IMG/VR virus record: IMGVR_UViG_2737471826_000010
Location: 1-35,432 of that record
Source: a virus
Lineage: Duplodnaviria > Heunggongvirae > Uroviricota > Caudoviricetes
Length of the DNA: 35,432 nucleotides
Strand: one strand, 5' to 3'
Positions within the stretch are counted from its first letter, which is position 1. Each line of letters begins with the position of its first letter. This document shows positions 7,904 to 16,249 of the stretch, piece by piece. The notes beneath the pieces are model-generated. The model searched no databases and was not told the origin of the DNA. It saw nothing but the letters and a program-made list of their open reading frames with translations. Both the position numbers and the translations under genes were made by a program.

Positions 7904-9375
7904 CAGATACAGCGTTATCTCCTGAAGAGCAGTTGATCGAGGATATTGCAGGGTTCACTCACGATCCGCTTGGCTATGCCCTCTATGCGTTCCCGTGGGG
8001 GGAAGAGGGGACTGAACTGGCACATGCTACCGGCCCACGTCAGTGGCAGGCTGATGCGTTCCGAGAGATACGTGATCACCTGCAGAATCCAGAGACGCGC
8101 TATCAGCCGCTTATGCTGGCACGCGCTTCGGGTCACGGTATTGGTAAATCCGCATTCATCTCAATGCTGATCAACTGGGGCATGTCCACTTGCGAGGATT
8201 GTAAGGTCGTGGTGACCGCCAACACCGACAACCAGCTACGAACGAAGACCTGGCCGGAAATTATCAAGTGGTCGAACCTTGCTATCACGAAAGACTGGTT
8301 TACCTGTACCGCTACCGCGATGTACAGCAATGACCCTGGGCACGACAAGCGGTGGCGAGCTGACGCAATCCCCTGGTCTGAGCACAACACTGAGGCATTC
8401 GCCGGACTACACAACGAGCGCAAACGCATCATCGTGGTATTCGACGAAGCATCCAACATTGCCGATCTGGTGTGGGAGGTAGCAGAGGGTGCGCTGACGG
8501 ACGAAGACACTGAGATTATCTGGGTGGCATTCGGAAACCCTACACGTAACACCGGGCGTTTCCGCGAATGTTTCCGCAAATATAAACACCGCTGGAAAAC
8601 TGCGCAGATTGACAGCCGGACGGTGGAAGGCACTAACAAACAGCAGTTGCAGAAATGGGTTGATGACTACGGGGAAGACAGCGACTTCGTTAAAATCCGT
8701 GTGCGCGGCATATTCCCTGATGCATCTGAATTGCAGTTTATCCCTACCGGTCTTACTGATGAGGCAATGAAACGGGTGGTAACCGCTGCGCAGGTGGCGC
8801 ATGCTCCGGTGATAATCGGTGTTGACCCGGCATACTCAGGCGTTGATGACGCTGTGATATACCTGCGGCAGGGGTTGCACAGTAAGGTGCTATGGACTGG
8901 CAACAAGACAACCGACGATCTGATTATGGCGAAGCGTATCGCTGACTTTGAAGACCAGTATCAGGCTGACGCGGTGTTCATCGACTTCGGTTACGGAACC
9001 GGTTTGAAGTCAATCGGTGATGGCTGGGGACGTACATGGCAACTTGTTCCGTTCGGCGGTGCGTCCACTGACCCGCAGATGCTTAACAAGCGTGGGGAGA
9101 TGTTCAACTCATGTAAGACATGGCTGAGGCTGGGCGGCATGCTGGATGACCAGGAAACAGCGGACGACCTGTCTGCGGCAGAGTACAAAGTTCGAGTGGA
9201 CGGTAAAATCGTTATCGAACCGAAGGAAGATATCAAGGAGCGGCTTGGGCGTTCTCCTGGTAAAGGCGATGCGCTACTGCTGACGTTTGCGTTCCCTGTG
9301 TCGAAGCGTCTGCGAATTCCCGGGCAGCAGAACCAGCAAGGCAAGGCCATCACAGATTACGATCCATATGCTTAA
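7900..9375 (+). CDS. terL: terminase large subunit
   Basis: 491 aa; P-loop ASGHGIGKS, Walker B-like IVVFDEA, nuclease-type VIIGVDPAYSGVDDAV; GTG start overlapping terS stop. Confidence 0.8.
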   Translation: MTDTALSPEEQLIEDIAGFTHDPLGYALYAFPWGEEGTELAHATGPRQWQADAFREIRDHLQNPETRYQPLMLARASGHGIGKSAFISMLINWGMSTCEDCKVVVTANTDNQLRTKTWPEIIKWSNLAITKDWFTCTATAMYSNDPGHDKRWRADAIPWSEHNTEAFAGLHNERKRIIVVFDEASNIADLVWEVAEGALTDEDTEIIWVAFGNPTRNTGRFRECFRKYKHRWKTAQIDSRTVEGTNKQQLQKWVDDYGEDSDFVKIRVRGIFPDASELQFIPTGLTDEAMKRVVTAAQVAHAPVIIGVDPAYSGVDDAVIYLRQGLHSKVLWTGNKTTDDLIMAKRIADFEDQYQADAVFIDFGYGTGLKSIGDGWGRTWQLVPFGGASTDPQMLNKRGEMFNSCKTWLRLGGMLDDQETADDLSAAEYKVRVDGKIVIEPKEDIKERLGRSPGKGDALLLTFAFPVSKRLRIPGQQNQQGKAITDYDPYA

Positions 9376-9425
9376 TCCGCTGGTGGGGATAATGTCGTTG
9401 ATATCCTCTGATGAGGATAAAACAA

Positions 9426-9446
9426 AGCCAGCTCATCGGCTGGCTG
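9426..9446 (-). terminator. terminator hairpin after moron gene
   Basis: Stem AGCCAGC/GCTGGCT; on the minus strand followed by TTGTTTT; palindrome copy 2 lies between it and the gene stop. Confidence 0.5.
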
Positions 9447-9449
9447 TTT

Positions 9450-9461
9450 GTGACATGTCAC
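9450..9461. repeat. 12-bp perfect palindrome GTGACATGTCAC (copy 2)
   Basis: Exact copy between stop of 9466..9840 and its terminator. Confidence 0.8.
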
Positions 9462-9465
9462 GGTG

Positions 9466-9840
9466 TTATTGCTCGCTTAGCTTCTGCTTCAGCAAGTAAC
9501 CTTCGAGCATCCAGATTTTGTTTACAGCATTCTGCCGGGCAATCTTCCGACCAATTTCTGCATCAAAGTTTTCCGGGCTTGCACAGGCACTCTCTCCGGT
9601 GACGGTGAAGCCATTCTTCAGCACCAGTACGCAGAAAGTGAGAAGGTGCAGAGCATCAGGGGTGGCTTCGACATAAGGCTCCGGATTATAAATAAGGTCA
9701 TCTTCTTTAGCCTGGTGATCACCCTGCGCAGCAGTGAAAAAATGCTCACTGCAAATGAGGCCTTCAATTTTCTCAGGTGTTACACGCGTTGCCGTTTTGC
9801 CTTTCTCAACGATTTCTTTTTCGATTTGCTGGTCGTTCAT
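9466..9840 (-). CDS. hypothetical moron protein (124 aa), co-oriented with tRNA-Arg
   Basis: ATG at 9840 with AAGGTGA RBS; inserted opposite to flanking terL and portal genes. Confidence 0.5.
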   Translation of the reverse strand: MNDQQIEKEIVEKGKTATRVTPEKIEGLICSEHFFTAAQGDHQAKEDDLIYNPEPYVEATPDALHLLTFCVLVLKNGFTVTGESACASPENFDAEIGRKIARQNAVNKIWMLEGYLLKQKLSEQ

Positions 9841-9851
9841 AATCTCACCTT

Positions 9852-9875
9852 AAAAAAATGCCCGGCGAACCGGGC
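9852..9875 (-). terminator. terminator/attenuator between tRNA-Arg and the moron gene
   Basis: Stem GCCCGG/CCGGGC, loop CGAA, minus-strand T7 tract ending 11 nt before the ORF start codon. Confidence 0.5.
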
Positions 9876-10038
9876 GAACTGGAAGCAATGAGTTATGCCT
9901 TCCGTGGCTGTACGGGTTTACAGCATGAAGTCATCGCAATGGCGTCCTGCTGTAAAAAGGGCGGTGATAGTCCTTCAAGTGAAACCATCACCGCCAAGCA
10001 CCTGGAACTTCTGGTATCACGGTCCTTAGGCGTGATTC

Positions 10039-10115
10039 TGGCGTGGCATGCAGGATTCGAACCTGCGACCAACCGCTTAGAAGGCGGTTGCTCTGTCCAA
10101 CTGAGCTAATGCCAC
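10039..10115 (-). tRNA. tRNA-Arg (anticodon UCU), argU-like
   Basis: 77 nt; acceptor GTGGCAT/ATGCCAC, D-arm GCTC...GAGC, anticodon stem ACCGC/GCGGT with loop CTTCTAA, T-arm GCAGG-TTCGAAT-CCTGC, encoded CCA; close to E. coli argU with compensatory stem changes. Confidence 0.9.
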
Positions 10116-10437
10116 AACGCTGAGAGCACTTAGCCTGTTAAGGCGCCACACTTTGTCGCGGCTCCATAAATGCTCTCATCGTTGTACCCTCGTCTCTTCC
10201 GAGGCGTCACACCGAATCGCCGGGATGGTGAATCCCCGTGCGCGGAATAAAACCGCTCGACTTGCACATTCCGGCTACCTGGTTCGTTTGCCCGAGCAAG
10301 GGAGGGTGCCCCTTAAACGTATCCAGACCGCTATCGTCGCATGTGCCATACGCCGTACTGCTCAAAATAAAAGCTCACTCCACCTGTTCAATTTAACGAC
10401 AGGCCAGTCAGGTTAGTAACCGGAATGAACTCTTTAG

Positions 10438-10452
10438 TTACCTGAAAGGTAA
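10438..10452. promoter_or_regulatory. operator site TTACC-TGAAA-GGTAA upstream of morphogenesis genes
   Basis: Perfect palindrome copy about 90 bp upstream of gene 10543. Confidence 0.55.
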
Positions 10453-10542
10453 TAATTCGCGCGTTAAATGTCAACTATCTACGATAAATAAATCATATAT
10501 GGTTAAATTGGTAATAATTTAATTGCGTACGGAGTCATTGAT

Positions 10543-10749
10543 ATGTGCATGGGTAGCTCACCATCAGTGCCTGCAACACCAGAAGTTCAGGCAGCACCAC
10601 AGGAGCAGGATGCCGCCGTTGTTGATGCCCGCGACGAAGAAACTCGTCGCCGTCGCGCTGCTGCTGGTCGTAGTTCTACGCTGCTTACCGGTTCTCAGGG
10701 CGACACATCAACCGCTAATACCAGCGGTAAAACGCTGCTTGGTCAGTAA
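10543..10749 (+). CDS. hypothetical small protein (68 aa), first gene of head block
   Basis: ATG with GGAG RBS; low-complexity Ala/Arg/Thr-rich product. Confidence 0.4.
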   Translation: MCMGSSPSVPATPEVQAAPQEQDAAVVDARDEETRRRRAAAGRSSTLLTGSQGDTSTANTSGKTLLGQ

Positions 10750-10763
10750 CCGGAGTCATTGAA

Positions 10764-12443
10764 ATGGCGGAAACAACTAAAGAGCGATTGAACAAACAGT
10801 TCGCACAACTTGAAAGCGAGCGTCAATCGTTCGAGCCGCACTGGCGCGAGTTGAGTGATTACATCAACCCGCGTGGTTCCCGCTTTCTGACTTCTGAGGT
10901 CAACCGTAACGATCGACGCAATACACGTATTATTGATTCGACCGGGACTATGGCGGCGCGCACTCTCGCCAGCGGCATGATGTCAGGCATCACAAGCCCC
11001 GCGCGTCCGTGGTTTCGCCTGGCTACGCCAGATCCTGAAATGATGGATTATGGCCCTGTTAAGTTGTGGCTTGAGGCGGTGCAGAACCGCATGAACGATA
11101 TGTTCAATAAGTCGAATCTCTACCAGTCTCTTCCGCAGTTATACGGAAGCCTCGGCACATACAGCACTGGTGCAATGGCGGTGCTGGAGGATGACGAGGA
11201 CATCATTCGCACAATGCCATTCCCGATAGGCAGTTACTACCTGGCTAACTCACCTCGTGGCAGTGTGGACACCTGTTTTCGCAAGTTCTCTATGACTGTT
11301 CGTCAGCTTGTTCAGGAGTTCGGGCTAAATAACGTCAGCGAATCCGTAAAAAGCATGTGGGAAAGCGGCACCTACGAGAAGTGGATTGAAGTGATGCATT
11401 CGGTTTACCCGAACATTGACCGCGATACATCGAAGCTGGATAGCAAGAACAAGCCATTCAAATCGGTTTATTACGAGGTTGGTGGCGATAACGACAAGTT
11501 GTTGCGTGAGTCCGGATTCGATGAGTTTCCAATTATGGCTCCGCGCTGGGAAGTTAACGGCGAAGATGTTTATGGATCATCATGCCCGGGTATGCTGGCG
11601 CTTGGACCTGTTAAGGCATTGCAGCTTCTCCAGAAGCGCAAGTCGCAGTTGATTGATAAAGCCACCAATCCGCCGATGGTTGCTCCGACTTCCCTCAAGA
11701 ATCAGCGCGCCTCCCTTCTTCCTGGCGACATCACGTATATCGATCAGATTACTGGTCAGGATGGTTTCAGGCCTGCTTATCTGGTTAACCCCAGTACAGC
11801 AGATCTGGTAGCAGACATTCAGGACACCCGCCAAATCATTAACAGCGCCTACTTTGTCGATCTGTTCATGATGTTGCAGAACATCAATACCCGCTCGATG
11901 CCTGTTGAAGCGGTGATCGAAATGAAAGAAGAAAAACTTCTGATGTTGGGGCCGGTTCTGGAGCGTCTGAACGACGAATGTCTTAATCCTCTCATTGACC
12001 GCGCTTTCTCGATGATGGTGCGTAAAAACATGCTGCCGCCACCGCCTGACGCGATGGAAGGTATGCCCCTGAAGGTCGAATACATTTCTGTCATGGCTCA
12101 GGCGCAGAAGTCTATCGGCCTGTCCAGTCTGGCGTCTACGGTCAACTTCATTGGTCAACTTGCGCAAGCGAAACCAGAAGCTCTCGACAAACTCAATGTT
12201 GATCAGGCGATCGATGCATTCGCTGATATGTCCGGAGTGTCTCCAACCGTCATTGTTCCGCAGGAACAGGTTGAGCAGGCTCGCCAGCAACGGGCACAGC
12301 AGCAACAGCAGCAACAAATGATGGCGATGGGAATGGCGGCGGCACAGGGCGCCAAGACGCTAAGCGAAGCTAAAACTTCGGATCCGAGTGTTTTGTCAGC
12401 TATGGCGAATGCAGTTAGTGGTCAGGGTGGGCAATCACAATGA
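10764..12443 (+). CDS. portal (head-to-tail connector) protein, T7 gp8-like
   Basis: 559 aa; size, position after terL and Gln-rich C-terminal tail (QARQQRAQQQQQQQMMAMGMAAAQGAK) resemble podovirus connector proteins. Confidence 0.7.
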   Translation: MAETTKERLNKQFAQLESERQSFEPHWRELSDYINPRGSRFLTSEVNRNDRRNTRIIDSTGTMAARTLASGMMSGITSPARPWFRLATPDPEMMDYGPVKLWLEAVQNRMNDMFNKSNLYQSLPQLYGSLGTYSTGAMAVLEDDEDIIRTMPFPIGSYYLANSPRGSVDTCFRKFSMTVRQLVQEFGLNNVSESVKSMWESGTYEKWIEVMHSVYPNIDRDTSKLDSKNKPFKSVYYEVGGDNDKLLRESGFDEFPIMAPRWEVNGEDVYGSSCPGMLALGPVKALQLLQKRKSQLIDKATNPPMVAPTSLKNQRASLLPGDITYIDQITGQDGFRPAYLVNPSTADLVADIQDTRQIINSAYFVDLFMMLQNINTRSMPVEAVIEMKEEKLLMLGPVLERLNDECLNPLIDRAFSMMVRKNMLPPPPDAMEGMPLKVEYISVMAQAQKSIGLSSLASTVNFIGQLAQAKPEALDKLNVDQAIDAFADMSGVSPTVIVPQEQVEQARQQRAQQQQQQQMMAMGMAAAQGAKTLSEAKTSDPSVLSAMANAVSGQGGQSQ

Positions 12444-12736
12444 CAGATTACGAAGATGATCAACTGAAAGAAGAAAACGCCAGTAAGCAACGTGACATGG
12501 CACAGCGTGAAATTGATGACATTCGCTTTGTCATGAGCAGTGAACAGGGGCGTCGCGTTGTCTGGTCTGTGCTGGAGAAAGGCCGGGTGTTTTCCGCTAT
12601 CTCACCGATGGACGCTATGGCAATGGCATTTAATGAGGGGCAACGCAATCTGGCGCTGGAACTGTTTCAGCGCGTTATGGCGCATTGCCCTGAACAGTAT
12701 TTGAAGATGGCCAAAGAGGCCAGTGAACAGGAGTGA
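12440..12736 (+). CDS. hypothetical head-assembly protein (98 aa)
   Basis: ORF overlapping portal stop (ATGA). Confidence 0.45.
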   Translation: MTDYEDDQLKEENASKQRDMAQREIDDIRFVMSSEQGRRVVWSVLEKGRVFSAISPMDAMAMAFNEGQRNLALELFQRVMAHCPEQYLKMAKEASEQE

Positions 12737-12738
12737 TC

Positions 12739-13434
12739 ATGAATTTATTTGAGCGTTTGCTGTATCGCCGTCTTTGCAATGAGCAACCAGTCGATGGTGG
12801 AGCAGCTCCGGCTGCGTCAGAACCGTCAGCGCCTGCAGGTGATAACCCTGCTCCAGTTGGTGATCCATCACAACAGGAAGGTGATAAGCCACAACCTGTT
12901 GCTGATGGCGATAAACCTGCTGATGACAAAAAGCCTGAAAACGATAAGCAGGATGAAAAAAAGGACGGCGATAAACCAGAGGGTGCGCCTGAGAAGTACG
13001 AGTTTCAGGCTGCCGAAGGCGTAGAGCTGGATACAGAAGCGTTGAAGGAGTTCGAGCCGGTGGCGCGAGAACTTAACCTGACCAACGAGCAAGCGCAAAA
13101 GCTGGTTGATGCTTATCCGAAGATTCTGGCAGGTGTGCAGCAGCGCCAGGCAGAAGCCTGGCAGAAAACAACCGAGCAGTGGGCTGCTGATGTAAAAGCT
13201 GACAAAGAAATCGGTGGCGACAAGTTGATTTCTAACCTTAGCGCCGCACAGCGTGCGCTTGACCAGTTCGGGACACCTGAACTCAAAGAATATCTGAACA
13301 CCACCGGGCTGGGTAATCACCCTGATCTGGTCAAAACGTTCGTGAAAATCGGAAAGGCGATGTCTGAAGATGGCATGGTCACCGGTGGTAATGAAGGCCA
13401 GCGTAGTGCGGCCGAAGTGCTCTATGGCAACTAA
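12739..13434 (+). CDS. scaffolding protein (putative)
   Basis: Pro/Asp/Glu/Lys-rich low-complexity N-terminus then helical segment; between portal and capsid; start ATG 12739 with AGGAG RBS; C-terminus SAAEVLYGN. Confidence 0.5.
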   Translation: MNLFERLLYRRLCNEQPVDGGAAPAASEPSAPAGDNPAPVGDPSQQEGDKPQPVADGDKPADDKKPENDKQDEKKDGDKPEGAPEKYEFQAAEGVELDTEALKEFEPVARELNLTNEQAQKLVDAYPKILAGVQQRQAEAWQKTTEQWAADVKADKEIGGDKLISNLSAAQRALDQFGTPELKEYLNTTGLGNHPDLVKTFVKIGKAMSEDGMVTGGNEGQRSAAEVLYGN

Positions 13435-13442
13435 GAGAGGAA

Positions 13443-14435
13443 ATGACAATGGCTGTTAAAGGCTTAACTGCGCTAACGCTGGCTGACTGGGGTAAGCGCG
13501 TCGATCCAAACGGGAAAGTCGATAAGATTATCGAGCTTCTCGGTCAAACTAACCCGATCCTTCAGGATATGCCTTTTGTCGAAGGGAACCTTCCTACCGG
13601 ACACCGAACCACCATTCGTTCTGGTTTACCTTCAGCTACCTGGCGTTTGCTGAACTATGGCGTACAGCCAAGCAAATCAACCACAGTGCAGGTAACCGAT
13701 TCCGTTGGCATGCTGGAAACCTATGCTGAAGTCGATAAGTCACTGGCTGATCTGAACGGCAATACCGCCGAATTCCGCCTGTCTGAAGACCGCGCATTTA
13801 TTGAAGCGATGAATCAGCAGATGGCGCAGACGCTGTTTTATGGTGATTCCAGCGTTAACCCTCAGCAGTTTATGGGACTGTCCTCCCGCTATTCCAGCCT
13901 GTCTGCAGGTAATGCTCAGAACATCATTGATGCTGGTGGCACGGGTACAGATAACACCTCAATCTGGTTAGTGGTGTGGGGCGAAAACACCGTGCATGGC
14001 ATCTTCCCGAAAGGGCAGAAGGCTGGCATTCAGATGGAAGATAAAGGCCAGGTGACACTGGAAGATGCTAATGGCGGCAAGTACGAAGGCTACCGTACCC
14101 ATTACAAATGGGACAACGGACTTGCTCTGCGTGACTGGCGTTATGTTGTTCGCATTGCAAACATCGATGTCAGCAATCTTTCAGAACCTTCCTCTGCCGC
14201 AAATATTGCGAAGTTGATGGTTAAAGCACTGCATCGCATTCCAAACCGTGGCATGGGTCGCCCGGTGTTCTACATGAACCGCACTGTAGGCCAGGCTCTT
14301 GATCTGCAGTCTCTGGAGAAAACATCTCTGGCTATCAGCGTAAAAGAGACAGAAGGCGAGTGGTGGACTTCATTCCGTGGTGTACCAATCCGTGAAACTG
14401 ATGCGCTTCTGGAAACAGAAGCCCGCGTGGTGTAA
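13443..14435 (+). CDS. major capsid protein (putative)
   Basis: 330 aa ORF after scaffold; alternative start ATG 13449 has better RBS spacing. Confidence 0.55.
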   Translation: MTMAVKGLTALTLADWGKRVDPNGKVDKIIELLGQTNPILQDMPFVEGNLPTGHRTTIRSGLPSATWRLLNYGVQPSKSTTVQVTDSVGMLETYAEVDKSLADLNGNTAEFRLSEDRAFIEAMNQQMAQTLFYGDSSVNPQQFMGLSSRYSSLSAGNAQNIIDAGGTGTDNTSIWLVVWGENTVHGIFPKGQKAGIQMEDKGQVTLEDANGGKYEGYRTHYKWDNGLALRDWRYVVRIANIDVSNLSEPSSAANIAKLMVKALHRIPNRGMGRPVFYMNRTVGQALDLQSLEKTSLAISVKETEGEWWTSFRGVPIRETDALLETEARVV

Positions 14436-14451
14436 CGCCTGTTATTAACCT

Positions 14452-14471
14452 GTGGGTCGTAACAGACCCAC
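14452..14471 (+). other. stem-loop downstream of capsid gene
   Basis: GTGGGTC/GACCCAC stem, 6-nt loop, no T-tract; possible RNA processing or stability element. Confidence 0.3.
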
Positions 14472-14486
14472 TAATGGAGAAAGAAG

Positions 14487-14924
14487 ATGATCACCGACAA
14501 ACTGTTGATGTTCTCCGAAGCACAGGCGGTAACTGATACCGCGGCTTCTACTGACGTAATCGATCTCGGTCCAATTGACGGAAAACGTCGTGATATCGGC
14601 GTGGGTTACCCGCTTGAGTTTTGGGTGCTGGTTAACGCAGCCGCCGCAGCAAGCGGTGATGCAACTGTAAACATCCAGTTGCAGACGAGTGAGAATAACA
14701 GCTCATGGACCACTATTTATGATAGTGGCGCACTGGCAAAGACCGCCCTGACAGCAGGTAAACGAGTTGTTTCTGCAAAGGTGCCTGCCGGTGTTCAGCG
14801 ATATCTGCGTGTTAACTACTCCGTCGCAACTGGACCACTTACGGCTGGCGAATTCACTGCTGGTATCAGTCTTGATGTTGATGCCAATACGCCGTATCCG
14901 ATCCGCTCAAAAGTAACTGGTTAA
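14487..14924 (+). CDS. hypothetical virion protein (145 aa)
   Basis: ORF with GGAGAAAG RBS in head gene block; Ala/Thr/Val-rich. Confidence 0.45.
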   Translation: MITDKLLMFSEAQAVTDTAASTDVIDLGPIDGKRRDIGVGYPLEFWVLVNAAAAASGDATVNIQLQTSENNSSWTTIYDSGALAKTALTAGKRVVSAKVPAGVQRYLRVNYSVATGPLTAGEFTAGISLDVDANTPYPIRSKVTG

Positions 14925-14934
14925 GGTGATATCG

Positions 14935-15270
14935 ATGTCAGGTGAGAAACCAAGATACCGCGTTCTGCGCCTCTCTCATATCCATAACACTCTGTGGCCG
15001 GAGGGGGCAGAAATCGAATACGAAGGTGAGCCTGGTAGCGCACTGGAACCTGTTAACGATGCAGCCAGACAGGCAAAAGCAAAAGTTGCAGGAAAGGTGT
15101 CAATGGCAGCAACCAGCACCAAAATCATCAACGATGTGTCAGATGATGGTGAACTGGATAAGCTCCGTGAAGAGTACGAATTGCTCTTTAACGAGAAGCC
15201 ACACCATAACGCTAAAGCCGAAACGCTCCGCGAGAAGATCGCAGATAAGCGTAAAGAACTAGGCGTGTAA
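14935..15270 (+). CDS. hypothetical virion-associated protein (111 aa)
   Basis: Start set to ATG 14935 after AAGGTGA; followed by terminator. Confidence 0.45.
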   Translation: MSGEKPRYRVLRLSHIHNTLWPEGAEIEYEGEPGSALEPVNDAARQAKAKVAGKVSMAATSTKIINDVSDDGELDKLREEYELLFNEKPHHNAKAETLREKIADKRKELGV

Positions 15271-15286
15271 GCCTCGCGAATCCGAC

Positions 15287-15308
15287 AAGGGGCTTCGGCC
15301 CCTTTATT
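15287..15308 (+). terminator. internal terminator between head and tail genes
   Basis: Stem AAGGGGC/GCCCCTT with TTCG tetraloop, then TTTATT. Confidence 0.5.
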
Positions 15309-15320
15309 GCAGGAGTGTAT

Positions 15321-15644
15321 ATGGAACTCGTAAACCTCAAAACCGGCACTGACAGCTACCAGGATGAGAGCGGAGAAACCAGAACTCGCGATGAATACCC
15401 GTGGGGGCTGTGCATCACTCTTAATAACGACACATTGAATAAGCTGAAGGCGCAACCTAAGGGCGTCGGAACAGAAGTGATGATAACTGCAAAAGCTGTT
15501 ATTCGAGGCCTGTCTGCCAGAGAAACTGACGATGGTGTTAATCGCAGCGCCGATCTGCAGATCACTGATATGGCGATCGCTCCTGTTTCCGGGGATGTAG
15601 AAAAATCAGCGGCTGAAACCCTGTACGGCAATGGGGGTGAGTAA
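15321..15644 (+). CDS. hypothetical virion protein sharing the scaffold C-terminal motif
   Basis: Start ATG 15321 with CAGGAG RBS; C-terminus SAAETLYGNGGE matches scaffold C-terminus SAAEVLYGN. Confidence 0.45.
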   Translation: MELVNLKTGTDSYQDESGETRTRDEYPWGLCITLNNDTLNKLKAQPKGVGTEVMITAKAVIRGLSARETDDGVNRSADLQITDMAIAPVSGDVEKSAAETLYGNGGE

Positions 15645-16249
15645 TGGCCTCTGTAGTAGAGATCTGCAATCGTGCGCTGTCCAATATTGGCAATAGCCAC
15701 AGCATTAACAGCCTGACGGAAGCCAGCAAGGAAGCGGGGGAATGTTCGCTGCACTTTGAGGCCTGTCGTGATGCTGTGCTTTCTGATTTTGACTGGAACT
15801 TTGCTACCAAACGCGTGGCGCTTGCAGATACGAGCAATCCACCGCCTGACTGGGAATATGCGTACCAGTACCCGTCAGATTGTCTGCGCATTACTGAAAT
15901 TATGCTTCCTGGTGTACGCAATCCAACAGCAGCAATGCGCGTTCAGTACGAAGTTGGTGCAGACACCAACGGAACAGGAAAGTTGATCTACACAGACCAG
16001 CCTCAGGCATGGCTCAAGTATGTCTCTCGCGTTTCAGATGTGAACATGTTTGATGCCATTTTTATGGAGGCGTTGGCCTGGCGTCTTGCGGCAGCTATTA
16101 ACATGGCGCTGACTGGGAATGCAGACCTCGGTACGTTTGCCCTCAATATGTACAATCGCGTGATTCTTAGTGCTGGCTCGCATAGCCAGAATGAATCACA
16201 GGAACCACTGCCACCGGTTGACGAGTTTACCATTGCGAGGTTGTCCTGA
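15644..16249 (+). CDS. tail tubular protein A-like (T7 gp11 position)
   Basis: 201 aa, directly upstream of an 823-aa gene, matching the gp11/gp12 size pattern; coupled TAATG start. Confidence 0.45.
   Translation: MASVVEICNRALSNIGNSHSINSLTEASKEAGECSLHFEACRDAVLSDFDWNFATKRVALADTSNPPPDWEYAYQYPSDCLRITEIMLPGVRNPTAAMRVQYEVGADTNGTGKLIYTDQPQAWLKYVSRVSDVNMFDAIFMEALAWRLAAAINMALTGNADLGTFALNMYNRVILSAGSHSQNESQEPLPPVDEFTIARLS

Noticed and set aside
8133-8802. Minus-strand ORFs 8133..8639 and 8407..8802 inside terL
   Set aside because: Antisense to a gene with clear ATPase and nuclease motifs.
10153-10416. ORF 10153..10416 (87 aa) next to the tRNA
   Set aside because: Arg-rich low-complexity translation with no RBS, in the region expected to hold the tRNA promoter; treated as non-coding.
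11580-12317. Minus-strand ORF of 245 aa antisense to the portal gene
   Set aside because: Entirely within the portal coding region on the opposite strand, with His/Arg/Leu-rich composition typical of antisense read-through.
12868-13449. Minus-strand ORF of 193 aa antisense to the scaffold gene
   Set aside because: Antisense artefact of the Lys/Glu/Asp-rich scaffold gene; Phe/Leu-rich and no RBS.
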